A DNA stretch of 41,620 bases from Firmicutes bacterium UBA4975 (GTDB taxonomy: Bacteria; Bacillota; Proteinivoracia; UBA4975): positions 1-41,620 of the forward strand of contig DGZR01000044.1 of the NCBI GenBank assembly GCA_002397155.1. Direction: 5' to 3'. The notes beneath the pieces are model-generated. The model saw nothing but the letters and a program-made list of their open reading frames with translations. It was not told where the DNA came from and ran no database searches. Below are positions 30,206 through 41,620 of this stretch, one piece after another. The position numbers were made by a program, and so were the translations under genes. The stretch's first letter is position 1. Each line of letters opens with the position of its first letter.

Positions 30206-31162
30206 TTAGAATACATGAGGTTTTCGCTTTAGATTGTGGGTGGCCTCGACGTAGCGAATAGTGCCGCTTTGGTAGCGCATGACGATGGAATGAGTCCTGG
30301 CCACATGGCCGTGGAAGCGCACCCCCCGGACGAGGTCGCCGTCGGTGATGCCGGTGGCGGCAAAAAAGCAGTCGTCCCCCCTGACCATATGGTCCATGGT
30401 GAGAAGCTGGGAGGGATCGGTTATACCCATTGAGAGCAGGCGCTCTTCTTGGGCGGGGCTGTTGGGGCGGAGCCGGCCCTGAATTTCTCCGCCCAGGCAC
30501 TTTAGCGCCACGGCGGCCAGGACTCCCTCGGGGGCGCCGCCGATACCCAGGAGCATGTCGACGCCGGAACCGGCTACCGCCGCCGAAACCGCCGCCGCCA
30601 CATCGCCGTCGGTAATCAGTTTGACCCGGGCACCCGCCTTCCGCGTCTCTTGGATGGTCTTTTCGTGGCGGGGCCGGTCCAAAATGACCACGACCAAGTC
30701 CCGAATATCCTTGCCCGCCGCCTCGGCCACTACGGCGATATTTTCTGTCGGCGAGCGGTCCAGGCTGATTTTACCGGCGGCAGCCGGGCCCACGGCGATT
30801 TTTTCCATGTACATGTCGGGAGCGTGCAGAAGACAGCCCCGGGGGGCGACCCCGATGACGGCGATGGCGTTGGGCAGACCCTTGGCGACCAGGTTAGTGC
30901 CCTCTATTGGATCTACCGCCACATCCACTTCCAGGCCGCCGCCGCCGACTACTTCGCCGATATAGAGCATTGGCGCCTTATCAATTTCCCCTTCGCCGAT
31001 CACCACCGTGCCCCGAATCTGCACTGTGTCGAACATCCGCCGCATGGCGTCCACCGCCGCACCGTCGGCCTCTTCCTTGCAGCCCAGCCCCATCCAGCGA
31101 GCCGAGGTCATGGCGGCGGCTTCCGTCACCCGCACCAACTCCAGCGCCAGTTCCCTGTCCAT
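30206..31162 (-). CDS. glpX: fructose-1,6-bisphosphatase class II
   Basis: RVTEAAA, VIGEGE, VDPIEGT and GIGGAPEGV motifs; start ATG 31162. Confidence 0.97.
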   Translation of the reverse strand: MDRELALELVRVTEAAAMTSARWMGLGCKEEADGAAVDAMRRMFDTVQIRGTVVIGEGEIDKAPMLYIGEVVGGGGLEVDVAVDPIEGTNLVAKGLPNAIAVIGVAPRGCLLHAPDMYMEKIAVGPAAAGKISLDRSPTENIAVVAEAAGKDIRDLVVVILDRPRHEKTIQETRKAGARVKLITDGDVAAAVSAAVAGSGVDMLLGIGGAPEGVLAAVALKCLGGEIQGRLRPNSPAQEERLLSMGITDPSQLLTMDHMVRGDDCFFAATGITDGDLVRGVRFHGHVARTHSIVMRYQSGTIRYVEATHNLKRKPHVF

Positions 31163-31207
31163 CCTGGTTCCCCCTTTTGCGTGACACATATCCCATATGT
31201 GACATAC

Positions 31208-31237
31208 TTATTCTGCCTTGGGGCATAAAATTCCTGC
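31208..31237 (-). promoter_or_regulatory. sigma-H-like promoter of glpX
   Basis: GCAGGAATT-N12-GCAGAATAA, a full consensus match. Confidence 0.65.
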
Positions 31238-31260
31238 AAAAAAAGCCGGCAGGGCCGGCC
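31238..31260 (-). terminator. intrinsic terminator after tal
   Basis: GCCGGC-cct-GCCGGC followed by T7. Confidence 0.8.
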
Positions 31261-31266
31261 ATTACA

Positions 31267-31905
31267 CTATAGTTTTTGCCAATCCCGCAGAAAGCGCTCG
31301 ATCCCGGCGTCGGTAAGGGGATGCTTGGCGGCGGCCTGAAGGATGGAAAAGGGAACTGTGGCATAGTGGGCCCCGGCTCGGATGGCGGCGGCCACATGGG
31401 ACACGCTGCGGATGCTGGCGGCGATGATTTGACTGGGTAAGCCAAAACGGCAAAAGGCCTGGGCGATGTCCCGGACTAATTCGATACCGTCGGCGTTTAC
31501 ATCATCCAACCGTCCGACAAAGGGGCTGACATAAGTCGCCCCCGCCCGGGCGGCCATCACCGCCTGGCTGAGGGAAAAGACCAGGGTGACGTTAGTCTTT
31601 ATCCCCCGAGCCGAAAGGAGCTTGACCGCCTTGAGCCCCGCCCCGGTCATGGGGATCTTAATCACCACATTTGGCGACATAGCCGCCAGCTTTTCTGCCT
31701 CGGCCACCATGCCGGCAGTCTCCAGACTTATGACTTCAGCGCTGATCGGCCCGTCCACGATGGCGATGATTTCCCGAAGAAGACCCTCAAAGTCCCGGCC
31801 TTCCCGGGCCACCAGGGAGGGGTTGGTCGTCACACCCTCAATTACCCCTTGGTCCCAGGCCTCCTGGATTTCTTGGAGGTTGGCCGTGTCGATAAAAAAT
31901 CTCAT
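31267..31905 (-). CDS. tal: transaldolase (TalC/FSA family)
   Basis: GVTTNPSL and VIKIP motifs; the SAEV Glu and SPF Phe are transaldolase-type rather than the FSA-type Gln/Tyr. Confidence 0.9.
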   Translation of the reverse strand: MRFFIDTANLQEIQEAWDQGVIEGVTTNPSLVAREGRDFEGLLREIIAIVDGPISAEVISLETAGMVAEAEKLAAMSPNVVIKIPMTGAGLKAVKLLSARGIKTNVTLVFSLSQAVMAARAGATYVSPFVGRLDDVNADGIELVRDIAQAFCRFGLPSQIIAASIRSVSHVAAAIRAGAHYATVPFSILQAAAKHPLTDAGIERFLRDWQKL

Positions 31906-32774
31906 GTTTTTTTCGCCCCTTTTCCCCGACCGGCGCTGCCAAAGAGCAGCATCTTTTCTTTTGCCACCTTTTTTAGGGCTTCCCGGCCCGGCCCCAGCAG
32001 GCGGCGGGGGTCGAACTCGTCGGGAGTGGCGGCCAGAACTTCTTTTATCCCGGCGCTAAAAGCCTGGCGCAGGTCGGTGTCAATGTTTATTTTGCAGACC
32101 CCCAGGCTGATTGCCTCTTGGATGGCCTGGCCGGGGACTCCGGACGCCCCGTGTAAAACGAGGGGGACGTCCACCAGCCGACGGATTGCGGCCAGCCTGG
32201 CAAAATCCAGGCGGGGAACGCCTCTGTACGGCCCGTGGGCGGTGCCCACGGCCACCGCCAGAGCGTCGACTCCGGTCTGGCGGACAAATTCCGCCGCTTC
32301 CTCGGGAACGGTCATGGCCGCATCTCGGGCAGCCACGCTTACATCGTCTTCAGTGCCGCCAATCCGGCCCAGTTCCCCTTCCAGGGACACCCCCGCAGCT
32401 CTTGCTACCCGGCCAACCGCCAGGGTCAGGGCGACATTCTCGGCAAAGGGGTACTTGGAGCCGTCAAACATCACTGCCGAGAAACCGCCGCGAATGCACT
32501 GGACCGCCTGTTCAAAGCTGGCGCCGTGGTCGAGATTGAGGGCCACCGGCACCCGGACTTTTTCCGAAGCGGCCCGCACAATGGCCACGAGGTAGTCCAG
32601 GCCGGCGTACTTTATCGCCCCCTGGCTGGCCTGTAATATCACCGGCGAATTCAGTTCAACCGCCGCTTCGACTATTCCCTGGACGATCTCCAGATTGTTG
32701 GCGTTAAAGGCGCCGACGGCGTATCCGTCTTTTTGGGCCTCCTGGAGCAGCAAGGCCATGGGGACTAGGGCCAT
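31902..32774 (-). CDS. fba: class II fructose-bisphosphate aldolase
   Basis: [17 protein letters not shown] and KINIDT motifs. Confidence 0.95.
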   Translation of the reverse strand: MALVPMALLLQEAQKDGYAVGAFNANNLEIVQGIVEAAVELNSPVILQASQGAIKYAGLDYLVAIVRAASEKVRVPVALNLDHGASFEQAVQCIRGGFSAVMFDGSKYPFAENVALTLAVGRVARAAGVSLEGELGRIGGTEDDVSVAARDAAMTVPEEAAEFVRQTGVDALAVAVGTAHGPYRGVPRLDFARLAAIRRLVDVPLVLHGASGVPGQAIQEAISLGVCKINIDTDLRQAFSAGIKEVLAATPDEFDPRRLLGPGREALKKVAKEKMLLFGSAGRGKGAKKT

Positions 32775-32786
32775 TATCTCACTCCC

Positions 32787-33596
32787 TTACAGATAAAGTA
32801 TTTTCCGGGCTTCCGCCGGAGTGGCCACTTCCCGGCCCAGCTCTCCCGCCAGCCGGACAATCCGCTCAACCAACTGGGCGTTGCTCTGGGCTAACTGCCC
32901 TTTTTTGTAGTAGATGTTGTCCTCAAAACCCACCCGAACATGGCCGCCGAGAATTATCGCCATCGTCCCCAGGGCCAGTTCTGCCCGGCCGATACCCGCC
33001 ACCGTCCAGGTGGACCCTGCCGGCAGCAAGCTTTTCATGTACATCAGAGCTTCCGGAGTGCCCGGCATTGCCCCCGGGACTCCCAGGACCAGGTCAAAGT
33101 GCAAGGGGAGCTGGAGAGTGCCCTCCCGGACCAAGGCCAGGGCATTTTGCACCATGCCGCTGTCAAAAGCCTCGATTTCCGGCCTGACCCCCCGGGCCAG
33201 CATAGTCTGGGCAAAGGTGCGGATATCGCCCATGGTGTTGACGAAGAGGTCCTCGCCAAAGTTCACGCTGCCGGTGGACAGGGTAGCCATGTCGGGGCCC
33301 AGCTCTACCGGTTGCAGGCGCTCTTTTGCCGTCATGCCCACCGCTCCGCCGGTGGATACCTGGATGATGACGTCGGAACGCTGGCGGATGAGGTCGATGA
33401 TCTCGCCAAAGACTTTGGGGTCCTGGGTGGAACTGCCGTCGGGATTGCGGGCGTGAAGGTGAACCATGCTCGCCCCTGCTTGGCGGCAGAGGCAGGCAGC
33501 CTCGGCAATTTCGGCGGGAGACGTGGGCAGGGCCGGGTTTGCTTCCTTGCTTGTCTCGGCGCCGGTGAGGGCGGCGGTGATGATCAGTTTATCCAT
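32787..33596 (-). CDS. kce: 3-keto-5-aminohexanoate cleavage enzyme
   Basis: KLIITAALTGAE, HLHAR, STGG and HVRVGFEDN motifs; adjacent to kal. Confidence 0.93.
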   Translation of the reverse strand: MDKLIITAALTGAETSKEANPALPTSPAEIAEAACLCRQAGASMVHLHARNPDGSSTQDPKVFGEIIDLIRQRSDVIIQVSTGGAVGMTAKERLQPVELGPDMATLSTGSVNFGEDLFVNTMGDIRTFAQTMLARGVRPEIEAFDSGMVQNALALVREGTLQLPLHFDLVLGVPGAMPGTPEALMYMKSLLPAGSTWTVAGIGRAELALGTMAIILGGHVRVGFEDNIYYKKGQLAQSNAQLVERIVRLAGELGREVATPAEARKILYL

Positions 33597-33983
33597 TTAA
33601 ACCACCTTTCTCTGTTTGTCCTTGGGAACGACACAGACACCCTTGGCGCTGGCGACCAAGAGAGGGGGTGTTAAAACATCGGCGGCGGAATCTCCCGCCT
33701 GGGGATTAGCGGTGATGACTTTGTATGCGGCAAAGGACATGCGGCGGGAGGTGTTGCCCATCTCTTCCATCCGGGCCACCACCTCCAAGAAGTCCCCGGC
33801 AAAGACCGGGGCCTTGAAGAGGACGTCCTCGTAGGCGAGAAAGAGGCCCTCATCGCCGTCGGAGTGGACTAAGAGGGCGGTGGCGGCGTCGCCGAAAAGC
33901 CCCATTACCCTTGCTCCGTCTACCAAATTGCCGCCGTAATGGGCGTCGCCGCTGCTCAGGCGCACCCGCAGGACAAATTCCAT
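33597..33983 (-). CDS. kal: 3-aminobutyryl-CoA ammonia-lyase
   Basis: [19 protein letters not shown] and GNTSR motifs; start likely ATG 33983. Confidence 0.93.
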   Translation of the reverse strand: MEFVLRVRLSSGDAHYGGNLVDGARVMGLFGDAATALLVHSDGDEGLFLAYEDVLFKAPVFAGDFLEVVARMEEMGNTSRRMSFAAYKVITANPQAGDSAADVLTPPLLVASAKGVCVVPKDKQRKVV

Positions 33984-34011
33984 TATCATTCTCCTTTTTT
34001 ATGTATGTTAG

Positions 34012-36398
<2,387 letters not shown>

Positions 36399-36406
<8 letters not shown>

Positions 36407-37967
36407 TTTCGAAAAAGCCCCCTTCCAGCTCGGCCTGCATTGTCTCCATAAAGGGATTGCAGTACTGGTTTCCCTTGGTAAAGACCCCTTCCAGGCCCTT
36501 GCCCCCGTCCCGGGGCCTTTTGACCTGGGCAAACAGTCCCTTTTCCAGGGCGGTAAAGAGGCCGATTTCCGCCACTTCACTCAAGAGGGCGCCGGTCTTT
36601 TCCAGCACTTCCCGCCCGCGCTTTTCCAGGCGCCCGCCGGGGACGATTTCCAGTTCATCGCCCAGATGCCGGGCGCTGTTCATGATGTAGCGGGCGTTTT
36701 CCAGGGCAAGAAAGCGGTCATGGAGAAAGGGGGTGTGGATGGCCTCGGTGAGCATGCCCAAGAGGTGAATACCCTGACCCGTCAGGACCGAGGCCAGGTT
36801 AAAGAGGCCGTTTTGCAAGTAGCCCTTGAAGATGTCCCCGGTCATGTGCTTAGTGGGAGGCATGTACTTGAGGGGGGCGGCGGGAAATAGCTGGCGGGCC
36901 AGTTGGGCCTGGGCGATTTCCATAATCAGCCCGTCCTCCAGTTCGGGGTCGATTTCAAAGGCATGGCCCAGCCCCATCTGCCAGGGGCTTAAGCCCGCGG
37001 CCAGGGCCAGCCTTTCGTTGATGAATTGAGAAGCGGTGACAGTGTGGGCTTCGGCCACAGCGTCGGCGGTAGTCAGATAGTTGTCCTCGCCGGTATTGAT
37101 GATTATGCCGCCGTACGCATTGATCACCCGGGAGAAATTTTGGTCGATCAAGGTGCGCTGCATGTTTATGTCCCTAAAGAGGATGCCGTAAAGAGCGTCG
37201 TTCAGCATCATGTCCAGCCGTTCCAGAGCGCCCAGAGCGGCAATTTCCGGCATGCACAGGCCGGAACAATAATTGACCAACATGATGTAGCGGCCCAGTT
37301 CTTCGCTGGTCTCATCCAGGGCCCGGCGCATTAAGCGAAAGTTAGCCTGGGTGGCGTAGGTGCCGCCGAAACCCTCCCGGGTAATTCCGTCGGGGACGTA
37401 GTCCAGCAGGCTTTGGCCGGTGGTCCTGATTACGGCAATTATGTCCGCCCCTTGCTGGGCGGCGGCCTGGGCCTGGGGGATGTCCTGCACTATGTCCCCG
37501 GTGGCCACGATTACGTAAAGAAGGGGAGGGGGCCCCATTTTATATTGTTCTTGCAGGTGTTGGCGCCGACGCCGATTAGCCCTGATCTCCTCCAGGCCGG
37601 GGGCGGCCAGTTCCGCCAGGTAGGGACGCAGGGCCCGGGGTTCCAGCCGAGGCAGGGCCAAGAGGTCCAAGTCGCCGGCAGCCGCCGCGGCGGCCACCCC
37701 TTCAGGGGACAAGCCCAACTGCTTGCAAGCGTTGCCCAGCCAGTAAGCCGCCCCCAGTCCCAGTTCGCCCCGGAGGGCGATGCTCTCCACCACCAGGTTG
37801 GCCAGGGGGACGTCGGCGGCGGCCCCGTTTATGCCCAACAGGCGCAAGACTGCCCGCTCCACCGCCACCGTTGACTTTTGCTCTAAAAGAAATTGGACTT
37901 CGCCGGCGATTTTCCCCGCCGCCTCCCGGCATTCTCTGACTAAGCCTTGATCCAGTTGCAATTTCAC
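36399..37967 (-). CDS. kamD: lysine 5,6-aminomutase alpha subunit
   Basis: YVIVATG, AVIRTTGQSLLDYVP, NYCSGLCMPEIA and KYMPPTK motifs. Confidence 0.96.
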
Positions 37968-39566
37968 TTAATCCAACACCTCCTGTGGCCCGATTCCCAG
38001 TTCTTTTGCCGCCCCGGCGGTTATTTCCTGGGGCAAGCCCAGGTGTCGGGCTATCCTGATCGCATCCCGAGGAACTTCTCCCTTGCCCGGAAGGAGGGAA
38101 TAGTCCATCAATTTGTATAGGGAGTGTAAATCCAGGGGAGTTCCTCCCCTATCCGGCCCTAGCCCCGCCACCCGCAAGTGATTTGCCCCGGCCAAGTCCG
38201 AGAGGCCGGGGTAGTGGGTGACCAGGAGGGTGATGCTCTCCCCTACTTTTAGCCAGCGGGCCAGGGCTTTGACCAGGGCGGCACCCTCCCAGGGATTAGT
38301 GCCCCGGGCCGGTTCGTCAAGCAGGTACAGGCCCCGCTCTTCCCGCCGGGGCAGGGCCTGGGCCAGACCGCTGATTTCCGTGGCGAAAGCGCTGAGGCCC
38401 CCTTGGGAATCCTCGGCCCGCTGAGAATAAAAAATAAAATGGCAGAGGGAAAAGCAGCAGGATTTTGCCGGAACCAGCAAGCCGTACTGGGCCATGGCTA
38501 CCGCCAGCCCAGCCGAACGCAGAGCCACCGACTTGCCCCCCATGTTGGCGCCGGTTATCACCGTCACCCCAGAGGACAGATGCAGGGACAGGGGCTGAAA
38601 AATCAAGCCCTTGGCGGCCAAGCCGCTGGCCACCGGGGGATTGACAAATTCCGCCAAGGCCAGTTTGGGCCCCGGGACCAGCCGGGGAACACACCAGCCT
38701 GTCTTTTGGGCCAGCCGTCCCTTGGCCAAGAGTAAATCCACCCGGCCCAAGCGGCGACAAGCCGCCAGCAAGAGGCGGCGATTAGCGGCGGTAGTTTTGC
38801 TGAGCAGGGTGCGGATCCGGCCCTCTTCGGCAGCCTGCTCTTCTTCCAGCGCCTCGATTGCCCGGGCCAGGGCCTGGGCCTCTTGGTCATCCCTGAGGCC
38901 GTACTCCAGCTCAGTCCAGTCCTCGGCCAAGAGGACTAAGTCCGGGCGGCCGGCCAGGGCCTGGGCGGCGGGATCGAGTTTTGCCAGGCGCAAGCGGCCA
39001 AGAGAGTTAAATGACTTGCCCGTCAGAGCGCTCACCTGGTCTTGTCTCTCTTTACGCCACCGGGCCAGCCGGGCCTTGTCCCGCCGCTTTTTTTCCCGCA
39101 GTTCTCCCAACAAGGGCGAAAAATCCGGGGACAGGTAGAACCCATCGCCCACCCCCCCCGGCGTCAGGGCCGAAAAAAGGGCATCCGCCACCGGCGGGAA
39201 GAGCCGAGGGGACAGACCGGGGAGCAGGGCCAGCTTTTCTTGGAGGCGGAAAACCGTCGCCAAAAAGCGCTTGAGTTGGTAAAATTCCACATCTTCCAGG
39301 ACATAGCCCCGGCAAGCCCTGTCCACCGCCCCCCGGATGTCCCGGAGGCCCGCCAGGTCATGTTCTACCTGGGTTAACAGGTTTTGTTCCGCCGTCAAAA
39401 GGCCGGCCACCAAGCTCCATTCCGCCCTCAGCCAATTCTCCCCGCCCGGTCCCCGGGCCTTTAAGCGGGATTTTTCCCGCTTGCCATAAGGGCTGAGGGG
39501 ACGGAGCTCGGCCAAGATCCAATCCAGGCCGATTTTTTCGGCAGCGAACTCTTCAATAAAAGCCAT
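37968..39566 (-). CDS. kamC: MutS-like ATPase, lysine 5,6-aminomutase reactivase subunit KamC
   Basis: TGANMGGKS and LLDEPARGTNP motifs; lies between kamB and kamD; start ATG 39566. Confidence 0.85.
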   Translation of the reverse strand: MAFIEEFAAEKIGLDWILAELRPLSPYGKREKSRLKARGPGGENWLRAEWSLVAGLLTAEQNLLTQVEHDLAGLRDIRGAVDRACRGYVLEDVEFYQLKRFLATVFRLQEKLALLPGLSPRLFPPVADALFSALTPGGVGDGFYLSPDFSPLLGELREKKRRDKARLARWRKERQDQVSALTGKSFNSLGRLRLAKLDPAAQALAGRPDLVLLAEDWTELEYGLRDDQEAQALARAIEALEEEQAAEEGRIRTLLSKTTAANRRLLLAACRRLGRVDLLLAKGRLAQKTGWCVPRLVPGPKLALAEFVNPPVASGLAAKGLIFQPLSLHLSSGVTVITGANMGGKSVALRSAGLAVAMAQYGLLVPAKSCCFSLCHFIFYSQRAEDSQGGLSAFATEISGLAQALPRREERGLYLLDEPARGTNPWEGAALVKALARWLKVGESITLLVTHYPGLSDLAGANHLRVAGLGPDRGGTPLDLHSLYKLMDYSLLPGKGEVPRDAIRIARHLGLPQEITAGAAKELGIGPQEVLD

Positions 39567-39577
39567 CTTCGTCCTCC

Positions 39578-40591
39578 TTATGCCAGGGGATCGGCTACCG
39601 GCAAACCCGGCAACATTTTTTTTAAGTCCCGCACCAACTCGTTCCCAGGCAGCCTCCTCCCCTCCGGACTGAAGGGGTTGACCGTTATTCCTACCAAGTC
39701 GATCGGCAGGGCCACCCTGACCGGCACCCGCCTGGTCAGGCGCTGCCAGCGGCCGGGCTCGACAAAAATCCTGGTCGCGTCCCAGACGACGACCTGCAGG
39801 CTGGGAATCTTCCAACTGGCCTGCCAGAGCAGTTCCGCCAGGGGATCGCTGAGGGCCCCCCCCGTCAAAAAGCGGTTGCACTGAGGGCTGAGGTAGGAGG
39901 CTATCTCCGGGGGGGCGTCGACGGCGGTGGCGACGGGAATAGTCACGATGGGCCCCCGCGTTCCGGCCGCCCCGACTCCCCCCCCCGCGAGAAACTCTAT
40001 TTCCGGTAAGCTTAAGTCCCCGGCCGCCGGCAGCCCCAGGACCTCGACGGCATGGAGGGTGAGCCGGATTACCTCTTCTGTGCTGCCGCCGATTACCGCT
40101 CCGGTAGCCAAGATTGTCCCCTCGCTGACCGAGGGGGCGGAGGCTGATCGGCGGTCCATGGCTCCGTCCACTAAGACCAGGGAGGCCAATTGCTGCAGCC
40201 GGGCGAGTACGGGCTGCAGGTCGGCCATCCGTTCCGGGCCTGAGACCTCAACGGAGCCCTCTTCTTGGACCCGGGCGATGTATATCTCGCCGAGGGCGTT
40301 GGTCAAACCGGTGGCCTCCAGTATCTCCAGGCCGGCGCTGCCCCGACCGAGGCAGGGGCCGGCGGTAGCCAGGGCCGCGCCCGGAGGCAGAAATACAGGC
40401 GGCTTGGGCCGGAAGCTGACGACATCCTCATCTTCTCCGTCCCGGCCGGTGGAAGTAAGGCCCACAGATATCCCCGCTTCGCGGGCTTTGGCGATCAAGG
40501 AATTTACTGTAACCGTCTTGCCGGTGTTTTTACCCATTCCTACGACGGCTATTGAGCGATAGCGGCGGGCCCGGGCGAAAAGGGCGTTCAC
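39578..40591 (-). CDS. kamB: lysine 5,6-aminomutase reactivase subunit KamB (P-loop protein)
   Basis: [17 protein letters not shown] and LVDGAMDR motifs; lies between kamA and kamC. Confidence 0.82.
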   Translation of the reverse strand: MNALFARARRYRSIAVVGMGKNTGKTVTVNSLIAKAREAGISVGLTSTGRDGEDEDVVSFRPKPPVFLPPGAALATAGPCLGRGSAGLEILEATGLTNALGEIYIARVQEEGSVEVSGPERMADLQPVLARLQQLASLVLVDGAMDRRSASAPSVSEGTILATGAVIGGSTEEVIRLTLHAVEVLGLPAAGDLSLPEIEFLAGGGVGAAGTRGPIVTIPVATAVDAPPEIASYLSPQCNRFLTGGALSDPLAELLWQASWKIPSLQVVVWDATRIFVEPGRWQRLTRRVPVRVALPIDLVGITVNPFSPEGRRLPGNELVRDLKKMLPGLPVADPLA

Positions 40592-41620
40592 TTCCGGCGT
40601 TTTCCCCTTTTTAGGCCATTGGGTTCAATACTCAATTCCTGGCCCTGTAAAAGGCCGTGGACCCCCAGGGTATCTTGGCAGTATTGGCAATCGCTGCAAT
40701 CGGGGGACCGGTAATCCGGGGGCTGGGCATAAGTGGCGATAACCCCTTCGTAATTGCGGAGCACGACTCGTTCCGGGGACTGAGAGACCAGGTACTGGGG
40801 CATGACGGGGATCTTCCCCCCCCCGCCTGGAGCGTCCACGACAAAAGTGGGGACGGCAAAACCGGAAGTGTGCCCCCTAAGTCCTTCGATTATCTCAATT
40901 CCCTTGGCCACGCTGGTGCGAAAATGCTCGATGCCCTGGGAAAGGTCGCATTGATAGATGTAGTAAGGGCGGACCCGGTTTTTTACCAGGAGGTGGACCA
41001 GGGCTTTCATCACCCCCAGGCAGTCGTTTATCCCCCTCAAGAGCACCGATTGATTGCCCAGGGGGATCCCGGCGTCGGCCATGAGGGCCAGGGCGGCGGC
41101 GGCTTCCTTTGTAATTTCTCGGGGATGATTGAAATGGGTGTTGACCCAGATCGGGTGGTAGCGCCGCAGCATGGCGGTAAGCTCGGGAGTGATTCGCTGG
41201 GGCATGACCACCGGCGTCCGGGTGCCCAGGCGGATTATCTCCACATGGGGGATTTCCCGCAGTTTTTTGATTATCCATTCGAGCTGGTGATCGGAAGTAA
41301 GGAGGGCATCCCCTCCAGATAGTAGAACGTCCCGGACCTGGGGAGTCTCTCTGATGTAGTCCAGGGCCATCTCCACTTGGGCCCGGGGCAGAGCCCGGTC
41401 CGTCGCCCCCGCCACCCGCCGGCGGGTGCAGTGCCGGCAGTACATCGAACACTGGTCAGTGATCAAGAGCAGGACCCGGTCGGGGTAGCGATGGGTCAGA
41501 CCGGGGACTGGGGCATCGGTGTCCTCGGCTAGAGGGTCCAGCATGTCAGAAGGGGAGCGGTAGAGCTCCCGGCTGGTGGGCACCGCCTGCCGCCGGATAG
41601 GACAGGCCGGATCGGCGGGG
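40588..41620 (-). CDS. kamA: lysine 2,3-aminomutase (radical SAM; 5' partial)
   Basis: [21 protein letters not shown] and [10 protein letters not shown] motifs; the frame stays open to the window edge. Confidence 0.96.
   Translation of the reverse strand, partial: PADPACPIRRQAVPTSRELYRSPSDMLDPLAEDTDAPVPGLTHRYPDRVLLLITDQCSMYCRHCTRRRVAGATDRALPRAQVEMALDYIRETPQVRDVLLSGGDALLTSDHQLEWIIKKLREIPHVEIIRLGTRTPVVMPQRITPELTAMLRRYHPIWVNTHFNHPREITKEAAAALALMADAGIPLGNQSVLLRGINDCLGVMKALVHLLVKNRVRPYYIYQCDLSQGIEHFRTSVAKGIEIIEGLRGHTSGFAVPTFVVDAPGGGGKIPVMPQYLVSQSPERVVLRNYEGVIATYAQPPDYRSPDCSDCQYCQDTLGVHGLLQGQELSIEPNGLKRGKRRK

Noticed and set aside
37968-39566. DNA mismatch repair MutS
   Set aside because: Only about 530 aa, with no recognisable mismatch-binding or Smr domain, and embedded in the kam operon.

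Overview
A GC-rich chromosomal segment from a spore-forming anaerobic Bacillota, with all about 40 genes on the minus strand. In transcription order (high to low coordinates) it contains: lysine fermentation genes kamA (partial)-kamB-kamC-kamD-kamE; pyrG; kal-kce; fba-tal-glpX; a LysM/M23 peptidase; tdk-DUF1385-prfA-prmC; a SigG-like sigma factor abutting spoIIR; an Rrf2-iscS-iscU operon; a Na/Pi cotransporter; mntP, a ywlE-rpiB fusion, ywlG, glyA, upp and a dCMP deaminase; a UPF0104 membrane protein; an FtsA-like ATPase with beta-grasp-like repeats; a Na+-type F1Fo ATP synthase operon; ywmB-murA-spoIID-spoIIQ-spoIIID-mbl; and a partial SbcD/YhaO-like gene missed by the ORF track. I see no mobile elements, CRISPR arrays, rRNAs or tRNAs. 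The most notable signals are: (1) a CTP synthase whose glutaminase nucleophile Cys is Gly, lying inside the lysine fermentation cluster just upstream of the ammonia-releasing lyase kal; (2) a diverged SigG homologue outside the sigE-sigG locus, coupled to spoIIR; (3) the actin-fold/beta-grasp-repeat protein; (4) an apparently catalytically dead SbcD-like protein; (5) an intrinsic terminator inside spoIIR. All assignments come from motifs and synteny read by eye; no database searches were run.
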